Below are positions 51,477 to 61,977 of a stretch of DNA of 64,000 nucleotides, piece after piece. Source of the stretch: Deltaproteobacteria bacterium (GTDB taxonomy: Bacteria; Myxococcota_A; Polyangia; Polyangiales; Houyiibacteriaceae); assembly GCA_034670305.1 (NCBI GenBank), contig JAXMNT010000010.1:126885-190884 (forward strand), in the 5' to 3' direction. Position 1 is the stretch's first letter, and every line of letters begins with the position of its first letter. The notes beneath the pieces are model-generated. The model searched no databases, had not been told where the DNA came from, and worked only from the letters and a program-made list of their open reading frames with translations. The position numbers and the translations under genes are program-made.

Positions 51477-54202
51477 GCGCGTGCCTCCGCGTCGGTGGGT
51501 TCGAGCGAGAGCTGCGATGCGAGCGAGGGGTGCGCCCGGCGAATCCGTGCGAGCGCCGCCACACAGGCGTGCCACTCACCCTTGGCTTCCGAGTGGGCGA
51601 ACGAGGTCAGCGGGGCAGCGGCGAGGGCTGCGAACTCGGCGTTCTCCATGGCGAGGTCGCGCACCACTTCGATCAGCCGGCGCTTGGCCACACTGGCGGG
51701 GATCGGGCGCTGCTTGAGGGCGTCGTCGCCGCGGCGTTCCATGCGTCCCGGCGGCAGCCCGAAGAGAATGCGTCGCACGAAAAGCTCCAGCGCGGCGCGA
51801 TCTTCGAACTCCTCGTTGCGACGGCTCCAGAGCAGACGCACCGCGAAGATGCGCACGTCCCGCTCCGAACTCTCCATCAGCCACACCAGCCGCGCGGTGC
51901 TTCCGATCGCGGCGTAGTGGGTGAGGATCACATCGAGCGCCGCTTCGCGGGTCGACTTGTGGCGGCTCTCCGCGAGCTCGAACATCAACGCTCCGTCGAG
52001 CCATTCGATCGGCACCGCGTCGACCGGCCGCCAGGCGTCTTCGCGACCCGACGCGAGCGAGCCGGCGTCGCGGGCTTCCCCGATGGCGCGCAGTACGCTC
52101 GTACCGAACCGGCGGGCTTCGGGTTTCGGCGCGCCGGAAAGTCGGTACGCGAGCTTCGGCTCGTTCCAGACAACGATCTCTTGTTTGGCCACGGCGACGG
52201 CGAACCGTCGAAGCTCGGGCAACGCGTCGCGGAAGACCGGAGTCACCCGCGCGGCCGTGTACGATTCACGCGCCAGACGCGGCGCCACGCCGAGCTGGCG
52301 CGCGGACTCGGTCTTCGGCCCGAGCACCGGGTGGTGCAGGGTCAGGTAGTTCGCGGCGAACTGGCGAACCGCATCCGGCTCGGTCGGGGCGAGCAGCGAC
52401 CAGATCTTCTCTTCTCCGGCCGCTTCGTTGCCGCCTGCGAAGTCCGCCGGCGCAAAATGCTGCAGCAGGTAGCGCTGTGCGAACTGCGCGATCTGGGCAT
52501 CCGACTGACGCGACATCGAGAGCAGCCAGGCGAATCCCACGCGGTGTGGTTCGACGAACTTGGTCAGCACCGTGAACGCCATGTTGCGGGTGCTGGCCCG
52601 GTTCACGAGGCCCTTGAGCCAGTCGACGTCGAGCGCGGCGCCCTTGAGTTTGCCCGCGGTCAGCCACCGCTGCACTTCGGACGCGAAACGCCGGTCGTGC
52701 ACGCCCTGCATCACCCACGCCGCGCCGATCTCCTCGATCGGGCGCTTGCCCAGCTCACCTCGCAAGACGTTGTTGATCTGCCACTGGTTGAAGCCATCGC
52801 TCTCGACGAGTGCGATCAGGTGGCTGGTCGGTGGCTCGGTCTTCGTCTCCTGGTACCACTTGGCGAGGAAGTTCTCTTGCCCGCCGCGACGCAGCTGGAT
52901 GTACTGCGCTTCGGTCAACGCGGTCGGCGCGAACGCCTCTTTGAGCTTGGTCTGCGCCAGGTTCTTGAGCGACCCGATCTTCAGCATGCGCAACAGCCGC
53001 TCGAGACCGAGCTGCGTCGCGGAACGTTTCTCGAGCCGCTCGACCGCGAACTTGGTGGCGGGCGGCAGGGGCGCCTGCGCGACTTCCAGCAGCGCGTCGT
53101 CGTCGAGGTCGGGCGCATGCGCTTGCGCGTACTCCACCGCGTAGAGACACGCGTCCAGGAGCGTGGACCGAAGAAGTGAGAGCACCAGATCGTGCAGGCC
53201 CGCGGCCTTGAGTTTCGACTGGTGGAAGTCGGGGTTCGCCTTGAGGGTCTCGACCACGAACTGATGCAGGCGCGCTTGAGGGCGGCTTCCGAGCCGCACC
53301 AGCCAGGCCACATCGGGTGAACGGAGCTCGTCGGGGAAGTCCTGCTGCAGGCTCCGAATCGCGAAGTCGAGGACCTCGTCTTGCTGGCCGTCTTCGAGCA
53401 AACGCAGGAGCGGCTCGGGGGTGACCTTCCACGCTTCGTCGAACGCGCGGCGCGAGAGATCCTGGGGCGGCTTGGTGATCCAGGAGCTGGTGACGTACTT
53501 GAGGTCTTCGTGGGCCCACATCTGCGGGAGCACCCACGTGCCCCAGAGGTTGTTGCCCCGGTAGTGGCGCATCACCTGGACCGCGTAGTTCGGGTAGGCC
53601 TCCGGCACCGAAGCGCCGAGGTGCCGCAAGAACCGCCACGCCCGACGACGCAAGTACGCGTAGGTCGCGCCACCGACTTCGTTGTTCTGCTTGGTCTGAT
53701 AGATCTGATCGAAGCGCCACGCGAAGAGCCCGAACAGCTCTGCATCGAACCGGGCCTCGGCGCGTTTGTAGAGCTTCTTCAGCCCGCGCCAGATCCCCCA
53801 CGAGATGCGGACGTCGCGCACGATCTGCAGCAGCTGCGCCCGCGCGTACGCGTCGCCGGCTTCCGCGCGGTCGTCGAGGTCGAGCACGAAGGGCCCGAGC
53901 CGCAGACGCGGCGGTGGGTGGTCGATGTCCTCGAGCTGCCGCCAAGCGTTCTGCCGAATCGCTTTCTTCTGCTCGTCCGTCTTGCCGTAGAGCGACCATT
54001 TGCCGAGCGCGGTCCGGACCTTCTGCAGGTTCCAGGCATCGGACGGTGGTCTCGGTACAGGCTTCTGCGGATCGTGATCCTCGGGCACGCCGTTGGGCGG
54101 GTCCGGTTGTTCGGCGTACGCGCAGACGAGCTCGGCCAGTCGTGGGTCAGAGGACTCGAGCGCCCGCTCCAGGTCCTCGAAGTAGTGCAGGCGGTCCCCC
54201 AT
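51473..54202 (-). CDS. Retron-associated large alpha-helical protein (909 aa)
   Basis: First gene of the coupled operon; YLRRRAWRFLR motif; helical-repeat character. Confidence 0.75.
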   Translation of the reverse strand: MGDRLHYFEDLERALESSDPRLAELVCAYAEQPDPPNGVPEDHDPQKPVPRPPSDAWNLQKVRTALGKWSLYGKTDEQKKAIRQNAWRQLEDIDHPPPRLRLGPFVLDLDDRAEAGDAYARAQLLQIVRDVRISWGIWRGLKKLYKRAEARFDAELFGLFAWRFDQIYQTKQNNEVGGATYAYLRRRAWRFLRHLGASVPEAYPNYAVQVMRHYRGNNLWGTWVLPQMWAHEDLKYVTSSWITKPPQDLSRRAFDEAWKVTPEPLLRLLEDGQQDEVLDFAIRSLQQDFPDELRSPDVAWLVRLGSRPQARLHQFVVETLKANPDFHQSKLKAAGLHDLVLSLLRSTLLDACLYAVEYAQAHAPDLDDDALLEVAQAPLPPATKFAVERLEKRSATQLGLERLLRMLKIGSLKNLAQTKLKEAFAPTALTEAQYIQLRRGGQENFLAKWYQETKTEPPTSHLIALVESDGFNQWQINNVLRGELGKRPIEEIGAAWVMQGVHDRRFASEVQRWLTAGKLKGAALDVDWLKGLVNRASTRNMAFTVLTKFVEPHRVGFAWLLSMSRQSDAQIAQFAQRYLLQHFAPADFAGGNEAAGEEKIWSLLAPTEPDAVRQFAANYLTLHHPVLGPKTESARQLGVAPRLARESYTAARVTPVFRDALPELRRFAVAVAKQEIVVWNEPKLAYRLSGAPKPEARRFGTSVLRAIGEARDAGSLASGREDAWRPVDAVPIEWLDGALMFELAESRHKSTREAALDVILTHYAAIGSTARLVWLMESSERDVRIFAVRLLWSRRNEEFEDRAALELFVRRILFGLPPGRMERRGDDALKQRPIPASVAKRRLIEVVRDLAMENAEFAALAAAPLTSFAHSEAKGEWHACVAALARIRRAHPSLASQLSLEPTDAEARA

Positions 54203-54303
54203 GGACCGCGGACGCTACCGGATCGAAGCAACCTCGATCAACGAACATCCGCAACGAAGAAGAAACTCTCGACCGCAAGGGAGGATTGCCCCGCGCGAGC
54301 GTA

Positions 54304-54338
54304 TAGGGCCGCCAGTCTCGCGAAGCGAGCCAGGCCCG
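54304..54338. repeat. REP-like palindrome, second copy
   Basis: Exact reverse complement of 15903-15937. Confidence 0.8.
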
Positions 54339-54347
54339 TAGTGCCAA

Positions 54348-55712
54348 CTAAAAAGCAGCGTGGAGAATGACGTGGGCGACGCTGAAGTAGACGAGCAGAC
54401 CGAGCACGTCGACGACGCTGGCGATGAACGGGGTGGAGCTGACCGCGGGGTCCAGGCCGACCCGGCGGATCAACATCGGCAAAAGCGACCCCACGACCGT
54501 GCTCATGACCACGATCGCCACGATCGAGAGGCTGACCGCACCAGCGAGCCGCATCGCCTCGGCGTCGCCGCCGTTGAAGTAGGCGCGCGCGAAGCCCATC
54601 GCACCGAGCGTCGTGCCAAGGGCGAGTCCGATCACGACCTCGCGGGAGAGCACGCGCGCCCAGTCCCGCGGTTTGGCTTCCCCGACCGCCATCGCGCGAA
54701 TGATGAGCGTCGAAGACTGGGATCCGGCGTTGCCACCGGAAGAGATGATCAGCGGAATGAAGATGGCGAGCTCCACCGTCGCGAGCAGCGCCGCCTGGTT
54801 GTGCTCCATCACCGTCGCGGTGAGCAGCTGCCCGAGGAAGAGCACCATGAGCCACACGCCGCGTTTCCAGATGAACTCGACGAGGCCTGTCGAGAAGTAC
54901 GCGTCCTCGAGCGGCACGACGCCGCCCATCATCTGCGCGTCTTCGGTGGCCTCTTCGATGACGACGTCGACCATGTCGTCGATCGTCACGACGCCGACCA
55001 GCACTTCGTGTTCGTCGACCACCGGTACGACGGTCAGGTCGTACCGCGCGATCACCCGCGCCACTTCTTCCTGGTCGTCCTGCGCCTCCACCCGCACAAC
55101 CTTCTCGGTCATGATGTCCGCCAGCGTCTGGCCCGGATCGCTGAGGATCAGATCCCGCAAGGAGACGACGCCCTGCAACTTGGCACCGAACGCGATGACG
55201 TAGATCGCGTACACGGTCTCGGCATCGCCGGTGCGCGAGAGTTCACGAACTTCGTCGATCGCTTCCCAGACCTTCGTGTCCGGGGCGAGGCCGACGTAGT
55301 CGGTCGTCATCAGGCCGCCGGCGGTCTCCGGGTCGTAGCCGAGCAGCTCCAGGGTCTCTTCGACGACCTCGGGATGGAGCGTCTCGAAGTAGGCCTTGGC
55401 CTCGTGTTTGTCGAGTTCCTCGAAGAAGTCGGCCCGGTCGTCCGGGTCCATCTCGGTGAGCAGCTCGGCCGCGGTTTCTCGCTGGAATCCGTCGAGCACT
55501 TCGAGCTGGCGCTCGGTCGAGAGCCGTTCGACGACGTCGGCGGCGAGACCGCTCGGGAGCGCCTCGAGCAGCTCGACGACGTCGGCTTCGGGCAAGTCCT
55601 CGAGAAGCTCCGCCACGTCCTCCGCGTGGAAATCCTCGAACGCCTCCGCGAGCGCTTCGGGATCGGCGATGAGGGCCTTCAGATCGGGGCCGAGAAGTGT
55701 CGCGAGCCTCAT
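54348..55712 (-). CDS. mgtE: Magnesium transporter MgtE
   Basis: TAGGLMT, CBS pair, GGNAGSQ, DPAVSSTPFI...DV.G. Confidence 0.95.
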   Translation of the reverse strand: MRLATLLGPDLKALIADPEALAEAFEDFHAEDVAELLEDLPEADVVELLEALPSGLAADVVERLSTERQLEVLDGFQRETAAELLTEMDPDDRADFFEELDKHEAKAYFETLHPEVVEETLELLGYDPETAGGLMTTDYVGLAPDTKVWEAIDEVRELSRTGDAETVYAIYVIAFGAKLQGVVSLRDLILSDPGQTLADIMTEKVVRVEAQDDQEEVARVIARYDLTVVPVVDEHEVLVGVVTIDDMVDVVIEEATEDAQMMGGVVPLEDAYFSTGLVEFIWKRGVWLMVLFLGQLLTATVMEHNQAALLATVELAIFIPLIISSGGNAGSQSSTLIIRAMAVGEAKPRDWARVLSREVVIGLALGTTLGAMGFARAYFNGGDAEAMRLAGAVSLSIVAIVVMSTVVGSLLPMLIRRVGLDPAVSSTPFIASVVDVLGLLVYFSVAHVILHAAF

Positions 55713-55761
55713 GCGCGGAGTCTCCCACCCGGCCCGCCTCGGGGCACGCGTTCTCGCTGAA

Positions 55762-55786
55762 GAAGCCGAAGCCGAAGCCGAAGCCG
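55762..55786. repeat. Short (GAAGCC)x4 tract
   Basis: Direct inspection. Confidence 0.7.
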
Positions 55787-55798
55787 CTCAGCGCCTCG

Positions 55799-56581
55799 CT
55801 AGACGTCTCCTCCGGCGGCGTCCTCCGGCACGAAGGGTTCGTCGTCTACGTCGCCCGGGATGATCGACTTGCCTTTGACCTTCTTCCGAAAGCGCATGTT
55901 GAGCAGCTCGATCATCAAACCGAAGCCCATGGCGAAGTAGATGTACGCCTTGTCGAGATGCTGCCCGAGCGACTCGGCCACCAGCAGCACGCCGATCAAC
56001 ATCAAGAACGAGAGCGCGAGGATTTTCATGCTCGGGTGGCGGTTGACGAAGTCGCCGACCGGTTTGGCGAACGCGAGCATCACCAGAACCGCCAAGACGA
56101 TCGCGATGACCATCACCTCGATGTGGTCCACCATGCCGACCGCGGTGATCACCGAGTCCAGCGAGAAGATGATGTCGAGCACCATGATCTGCGCGACGAC
56201 GCCCGGCAGACTCTTGGCCCAGCCGCTGACCTCTTCTTCGCCCGCGCCTTCGACCTTCTCGTAGACCTCGTGCGCGCTCTTGGCGATCAAGAACAAGCCA
56301 CCGCCGAGCAAAATGAGCGAACGGCCGGACAAGTCGTGCCCGAGCACCGTGAACAATGGCCGCGTGAGGTGCATGACCCAGGAGATCGCGAACAGCAGCC
56401 CGATGCGGCTGAGCATCGCGGCGCCGAGGCCGAGCCGGTACGCGGTCTGCTGCTGATGTTTGGGAAGCTTCGCGGTCAGGATCGCGATGAAGACGATGTT
56501 GTCGATCCCGAGAATGATCTCGAGCGCGGCGAGACTCGCCAGTGCAACCCACGTGTCCGCATGAGAGAAGATTTCGAGCAC
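55799..56581 (-). CDS. TerC family membrane protein
   Basis: LEIILGIDNIVFI, DIIFSLDSVITAVG. Confidence 0.93.
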   Translation of the reverse strand: MLEIFSHADTWVALASLAALEIILGIDNIVFIAILTAKLPKHQQQTAYRLGLGAAMLSRIGLLFAISWVMHLTRPLFTVLGHDLSGRSLILLGGGLFLIAKSAHEVYEKVEGAGEEEVSGWAKSLPGVVAQIMVLDIIFSLDSVITAVGMVDHIEVMVIAIVLAVLVMLAFAKPVGDFVNRHPSMKILALSFLMLIGVLLVAESLGQHLDKAYIYFAMGFGLMIELLNMRFRKKVKGKSIIPGDVDDEPFVPEDAAGGDV

Positions 56582-56642
56582 GCGGCATACTACCCAAACT
56601 GTTCGCGCCCGCGGACAGTTGGTTGACGCGGACGTCTCGGGA

Positions 56643-58760
56643 TCAGCCGGCGGGGCAGTTCAGCTGGATGTCGAGGGAGTCGACACGCGGAGTGCGGCTG
56701 TCGTCGTCGCTCGTCAGCGTGATCTCGACCTCGAGGAAACGTTGCCGCGGCACCGGGCCGGGGGGCGCGTTCAGATCCACCGGTTCTTCCGTGAAAGGTC
56801 CGATCCACGTCGCTTCGCTCAGACCGGCGCGGGTGCCCGCGGCGCGGACCCGGACCTCGACGGCGGTGCCGCGCGGGGTCGTGGCGTCCCAGGTGAGCGA
56901 CTCCCATTCGGTGGGCCCAGACGCACAGCCTTCCACGGTCGTGCGGAAGAAACCGTTGGGCACCGTGAAGGTGCGCAGCGCGAAGCCGGTGAAGTCCGAG
57001 TAGGTGTAGGGCATGTCGCCGACCGGGTACTCCCGCGACGCACCCGTCTCCGTGTTCACGCGGGTCGTGGTGCCGCTCTCTTGGTTGACGAGCCAGATGT
57101 TGCGGTCCGAGTCGAGACCCACCCCGACCGTGCCGAGTCCCGGCAGGGGATCGGCTTCGGTGCCGAAGACGCGAATGTCGCCCCCGTCGTCAGCGCGGAA
57201 ACGGGTGACCCGCGCGATCGGGTCGCCGGCGGTCAGGGTCCCGAGCGGCGTGATGTTGATGTAGGTGTGCGAGGCGCCGACGTAGATGTTGCCGAGATCG
57301 TCCGCGGCGATGCCGCGGGTCGCGCCGGAGTCGGGGAGCACGACCTCGGTCCAGGTGTCCGTCGGCGGATCGTACCGAAACGCCGAGGTGCACTGCAGGC
57401 CCGCGACCCAGACCCGGTTGCGGGTGTCGATCGCGATGCCGTAGCTGCCGCTGCAGCTGGTGCTCTCGCTGAACGCCATCGTCTCGTGGGTGACCGAACC
57501 GCTGGCGGCGTTGATGCCGAGCACCCGGCCGGTGAACGACTCGGTGAACCAGACCGTGCCGTCGCCACCGATCGCAGCGCCGTACGGACGGAAGTTGCGG
57601 CGGAAGAGGTTCACAGTGCGTCGGCGCGCGCCGTCGGCTGGCTCGAGCTGAACCACCCGAAACTCCTGGTAGAGGCCCACCCACACGAACCCATCGGCGT
57701 CGATGGCGACCGCGCGCGGGATGCTGTCGGGCCCGCCGACGTTGACCGTCCAGAGGATGCACTCGTCGGCCTGACCGAGGTACTCGCCGGTCACGTCCGC
57801 TTCGATCACTCCGTCGCCGTCGACGTCGCGGCTGGTCTCGATGCGACCGTTGCCGTTGCGGTCGATGCAGTCGGAGACGTCGCCCGCGATCTTGGTGATC
57901 GTGCCTTGCTGGCGGAACGCGCGGTTGGCGACGTACACATTGCCGCGCAGATCGACCGCAGTGCGCGAAGGACAGTTGCCCCCGCCGCTCTCCGGATCGC
58001 ACTCCTCGCGCGCCGGGGGCGCGTCGTTCGAAGCGTCGTTGATCACGCTGTCGTACTCGGCGGTCTGGGCTCCCGTGCGCAGGTCGAGTTTGGTGAGCGT
58101 GCCGTAGCGGGTGTTGGCGATCCACGCGAAGGTGGTCTCCGAGCGGGTCTCCCCGAGCCGAAGCGATCCGTCGCCACCCACGATCACACCGCTGACCTCC
58201 GCGTCCACATCGTCCCAGCCGCCGCCCACTTCGCGGGGCAAGTTGATCACCGAGCAGCCGGCGCGGCAGTCGCCGCACTCGCTGAGCATGCCTTCGTCCG
58301 CGCGGCCATCGCAGTCTTGGTCGATCCCGTCGCACACTTCGTCCGCGCCAGGAAAGATGCGCGCGTCCGAGTCGTCGCAGTCGCCGGCGCAGCCCGTCAG
58401 CCCATCCCGGTCCATGTCGCGCTCGACCATGATGTTCACGCAGCCGTCGGTGGCGGGATCGCAACGGTCCTCGGTGCACTCGTCTCCGTCGTCGCAGGCG
58501 GGTGGACCGGGCGACCAGCAACCGAACTCGAGGGTGCAGATCTCTTCGCCGGTGCAGAAGAAGCCGTCGTCGCAGTCCCGTCCGCAGATGGCGGCATCGA
58601 CCTCGGCGGGGGCGTCCACCGACGCGTCGCGCGGACCACCCGCGTCCGGAACGCCAGCGTCCACCGGCCTTGCCGGGTCCACCCGGATGGGCGTGCGCGC
58701 GCCGCACGCCATCAGAGACACCGAACCAACACACACCATCACACGGACCCACGAAGACAT
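56643..58760 (-). CDS. Cys-rich myxobacterial lipoprotein with putative metal-binding repeat and beta-propeller
   Basis: Lipobox LMAC; CDDG..C repeats; DCDD...PGADEVCDGIDQDCDG; PYTYSDFTG; propeller repeats. Confidence 0.75.
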   Translation of the reverse strand: MSSWVRVMVCVGSVSLMACGARTPIRVDPARPVDAGVPDAGGPRDASVDAPAEVDAAICGRDCDDGFFCTGEEICTLEFGCWSPGPPACDDGDECTEDRCDPATDGCVNIMVERDMDRDGLTGCAGDCDDSDARIFPGADEVCDGIDQDCDGRADEGMLSECGDCRAGCSVINLPREVGGGWDDVDAEVSGVIVGGDGSLRLGETRSETTFAWIANTRYGTLTKLDLRTGAQTAEYDSVINDASNDAPPAREECDPESGGGNCPSRTAVDLRGNVYVANRAFRQQGTITKIAGDVSDCIDRNGNGRIETSRDVDGDGVIEADVTGEYLGQADECILWTVNVGGPDSIPRAVAIDADGFVWVGLYQEFRVVQLEPADGARRRTVNLFRRNFRPYGAAIGGDGTVWFTESFTGRVLGINAASGSVTHETMAFSESTSCSGSYGIAIDTRNRVWVAGLQCTSAFRYDPPTDTWTEVVLPDSGATRGIAADDLGNIYVGASHTYINITPLGTLTAGDPIARVTRFRADDGGDIRVFGTEADPLPGLGTVGVGLDSDRNIWLVNQESGTTTRVNTETGASREYPVGDMPYTYSDFTGFALRTFTVPNGFFRTTVEGCASGPTEWESLTWDATTPRGTAVEVRVRAAGTRAGLSEATWIGPFTEEPVDLNAPPGPVPRQRFLEVEITLTSDDDSRTPRVDSLDIQLNCPAG

Positions 58761-58821
58761 GAGGCCAACCTGTCACAGCCAAGGCGCCCCGTCATCTTGC
58801 CGGGGTCCTGGTCGGGCTCGG

Positions 58822-59073
58822 TCGGGTCGGCTTCGGCTTCGGCTTCGGCGTCGGCTTCGGCGTCGGCTTCGGCTTCGGCTTCGGCTTCGGGGTCGGCTTC
58901 GGCGTCGGGTTCGGCTTCGGGGTCGGCTTCGGGGTCGGCTTCGGCTTCGGGGTCGGCTTCGGCTTCGGCTTCGGCTTCGGGGTGTCGGCTTCGGCTTCGG
59001 GGTCGGCTTCGGCTTCGGCTTCGGGGTCGGATCACCTTGAGGGCAAGGGCAGGGGCAAGGGCAGGGGCAAGGG
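58822..59073. repeat. Hexamer tract (TCGGCT/TCGGGG)n followed by (GGGCAA/GGGGCA)n
   Basis: Between divergent genes. Confidence 0.93.
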
Positions 59074-59167
59074 ATCGGGCGAGGCCGTGTCGGTTTTTTG
59101 GGGCATGGGATCCCCGCGGGTATGTTGTGCACCTACATCGGAGCACATCTCCGACACGAGGGACTTC

Positions 59168-59527
59168 ATGACCATTCGACGCAAGATTCTTCGCCGAGCC
59201 AAGCGCGCCCGCTGCCACGCCGTGGGCGTCGAGGGGTTCCGGCACCTCGGCGACAAGGTGCTCGACATCTCCCCGTTCGGCCTCTTGGTCGCAGCCGACG
59301 ACGAGGTGTTCGTCGGAGAAGACGTGATCGTGACCTTCCAACTCGACGGCAAGTGGTTCGACGCGGACGGCAAGGTCTCGCGGGTCATCGAGGGCTACCG
59401 GGAGGGCGATCCGGGCTACGCGTTCGGGATCGAGTTCACCTGCATCTCGCTGACCGACCGAATCGACATCGGCGAGCGGCTCGTCGGCGTGCCCCCGCCC
59501 GTTCCCCAGCGACTCGTCCGCGCCTGA
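59168..59527 (+). CDS. PilZ domain protein
   Basis: RRAKR (RxxxR), DISPFG (DxSxxG), GIEF. Confidence 0.8.
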   Translation: MTIRRKILRRAKRARCHAVGVEGFRHLGDKVLDISPFGLLVAADDEVFVGEDVIVTFQLDGKWFDADGKVSRVIEGYREGDPGYAFGIEFTCISLTDRIDIGERLVGVPPPVPQRLVRA

Positions 59528-59569
59528 TCCTCAGCGGGTGGCACCCTGCGGTGCTGCTAGGCTGATTCC

Positions 59570-60415
59570 ATGCTCGAGGTGACCGAAGCGCTTGTCGCGC
59601 TGATGCGTGGCGGCGGACAGGGCGCGCTCGCGACCGTCGTGCGCACCAGCGGGTCGACCCCTCAGCGGCCCGGCGCGCGTTTGCTCCTCCAAGGCGATGC
59701 CCTCGTCGGCACGGTGGGTGGCGGCGCCATCGAAGCGCGCATCGTCGACGCGCTCCGCGCCTGTCTCCGCCATGGCAAACCGGAGCTGCTCTCGATCGAT
59801 CTCGGGCGGGAACTCGGCATGTGTTGTGGCGGAAGGATGGAGGTCTTCGTGGAGCGGGTCGAACGGCAACCCAGGTTGATCCTCTTCGGGGCCGGCCACG
59901 TGGCCAAACCCACCGCCGCCCTCGCCCGCTCGATCGGGTTCCGGGTCGTGGTGGTCGACGATCGCGAAGACCTCAACACCGAGGATCGGTTTCCCGAGTG
60001 CGAACGTCTGCTCGCCGATCCGGAGCAAGCGGCCGAGCGCATCGACACCGACGCCTCGGACTCGCTCTTGATCGTCACCCACGATCACCACCGAGACGAA
60101 CTGGCGCTGGATGCGTTCGCGCGGCGTCCCCACGCCTACATCGGCATGATCGGGAGCCGGCGAAAAGTCTTCCGGGTGCTCCAGCGCATCCATCAGCGCG
60201 TCGGTCTGCCGCCGCTGGAACGTGTCTACGCGCCGGTCGGGCTCGAGCTCGGCGCGGTGACCCCGGAAGAGATCGCGGTGAGCATCGCGGCGGAGCTCGT
60301 CGCCCTTCGCCACGGACAGCCTGGGTCGCACATGCGTGCGGTCGACGACCCGCGTCTGCGGCGGGTGCTCGATGGCTCACTGACGCCTGAGTCTGCCGCC
60401 CTGCTCCCCGAATGA
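59570..60415 (+). CDS. xdhC: XdhC/CoxF family molybdoenzyme accessory protein
   Basis: GSTPQRPGA, GTVGGGAIE, LGMCCGG, FGAGHV, YIGMIGS, TPEEIAVSI. Confidence 0.9.
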   Translation: MLEVTEALVALMRGGGQGALATVVRTSGSTPQRPGARLLLQGDALVGTVGGGAIEARIVDALRACLRHGKPELLSIDLGRELGMCCGGRMEVFVERVERQPRLILFGAGHVAKPTAALARSIGFRVVVVDDREDLNTEDRFPECERLLADPEQAAERIDTDASDSLLIVTHDHHRDELALDAFARRPHAYIGMIGSRRKVFRVLQRIHQRVGLPPLERVYAPVGLELGAVTPEEIAVSIAAELVALRHGQPGSHMRAVDDPRLRRVLDGSLTPESAALLPE

Positions 60416-60421
60416 GAGAGC

Positions 60422-60901
60422 TCAGGATTCGGGAACCGGCGGCGGGCCGGTCGGGATCCGCAGGTCGCTGAAACTCTGGCGCAGCTTCTCGCGTCGCTCG
60501 GCCGGCGGCAACGACTCGACTTCGATCTCGAGCACCAAATCCGCGTACTCGGACTCCTTCATGTCGAGGCAGCGCGCGAGGTCCCGGATGAACTGATCTT
60601 CGCGCATGTCGACCTCTCCGTCGGCGTCGACCATCTTCACGACGAGTTCCAGCAGTCGGCGCTTCTTCATGGGCGGGTCGTCGAGGAAGTCCGCGACCGT
60701 CTTCTCGAGATCGAACTCGAAGAGCCGAAACTCACGAATGCGCGCATCGACTTCGGCCGGGAGGGCGTCGGGCTTGGTCAGGAGCAGATCCGCGAGCACC
60801 GCACGCGCGGTGTCGTCCTCGGCGCCCATCATCGTGCCGTCGCAGTGAATGGCCGCAATCAAGAGGTCTGTGATGACCAGGATCCGATCTCGAATTTTCA
60901 T
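60422..60901 (-). CDS. TerB-like protein
   Basis: IHCDG...E and VDADGEVD.RE motifs. Confidence 0.7.
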   Translation of the reverse strand: MKIRDRILVITDLLIAAIHCDGTMMGAEDDTARAVLADLLLTKPDALPAEVDARIREFRLFEFDLEKTVADFLDDPPMKKRRLLELVVKMVDADGEVDMREDQFIRDLARCLDMKESEYADLVLEIEVESLPPAERREKLRQSFSDLRIPTGPPPVPES

Positions 60902-61026
60902 CTGATGTCTTCTGCCCCGATTCGGCCGCGCCGCAACTCGTTCTACCGATTCCGGCGCAACTCCTCCCCGCGCTCGACTCCCAAACCCTTTGCAATGGGA
61001 AAAGACCTCGGTCCACCCTCACGCCC

Positions 61027-61971
61027 ATGTCGCTCCGACTGCTCACGTGGAACGTCAAGTTCCTCCCCAAGTACGCGAAGATGGTGCTCAAACCGTTCGG
61101 GCCGACCGCGTGGTGGGAGACCGGAGGACGCGCGAGCGACGAGGTCCGGGCCGAGCGCTGTCTGAAGGCCATGCTCGCGGGCGACTGGGACGTGATCGCG
61201 CTGCAGGAACTCTTCGAAGAAGGCATCCGGGCGAAGTACCGCGCAGCGTTCGAAGCAGCCGGCTACACGACGACCCCTGCGCTCGGCAACGATGTGCTCC
61301 ACGAGGACAGCGGACTCTTCGTCGCGTCTCGGATCCCGATGCACTGGTTCCGGTTCGTGGAGTACGCCGCCAAGTGGGGGCAGGACGCGCTGAGCGACAA
61401 AGGCATCGGGGTGTTCTGCCTCGACACCTCGACGATCTGGGGACCCGAGCGGCACAGCCTCTACCTCTTCCCGACCCACCTCCAGTCCGACGACCGGCAC
61501 TACGCGGTCCGGCTGCTGCAGCTCGACCAGCTGCGCAGCGTCATCCACGCAACGCTCGCCCGCGTGCCAGACCTCGACGCGGTCTCCGCGATCGCGTGTG
61601 GCGACTTCAACGTCCGGGCCGAACAGCCGGTCCTGGGCGTGCCCGGTGCCGCGGTGGCGACCTCCGAGTACGCGGCCCTGCAAGAGCTCTTGGGTCGACC
61701 CCGGGACGTCTTCCGAGAAGCGCATCCAGCCGCGCCTGGGTTCACGTGGGACGGGAAGATCAACGCGATGACCCGCGACAACGACAACGACCAGAAGCGG
61801 CTCGACTACATCTTCGCGTTCGACTTCGTGCCGCAACCGCTCCGCGAAGCGCAGACCGCCGCCCTCGGGCGGCTCGACTGCTCGGCCGTCGCGATGGAAC
61901 CCTTCCTCGGAAGCGAGCGGCACCTGTCGGACCACTTCGGGGTGTCCGCCAGCTTCGCCCCCCGTCCCTGA
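61027..61971 (+). CDS. Endonuclease/exonuclease/phosphatase family protein (sphingomyelinase-like)
   Basis: LTWNV, LQELF, DSGL, THLQ, GDFNV, LDYIF, SDHFGV. Confidence 0.88.
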   Translation: MSLRLLTWNVKFLPKYAKMVLKPFGPTAWWETGGRASDEVRAERCLKAMLAGDWDVIALQELFEEGIRAKYRAAFEAAGYTTTPALGNDVLHEDSGLFVASRIPMHWFRFVEYAAKWGQDALSDKGIGVFCLDTSTIWGPERHSLYLFPTHLQSDDRHYAVRLLQLDQLRSVIHATLARVPDLDAVSAIACGDFNVRAEQPVLGVPGAAVATSEYAALQELLGRPRDVFREAHPAAPGFTWDGKINAMTRDNDNDQKRLDYIFAFDFVPQPLREAQTAALGRLDCSAVAMEPFLGSERHLSDHFGVSASFAPRP

Positions 61972-61977
61972 GCACGC

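Noticed and set aside
55799-60901. Tellurite-resistance ter operon
   Set aside because: The TerC-like and TerB-like genes are separated by unrelated genes, and no terD/terZ/terA is present.
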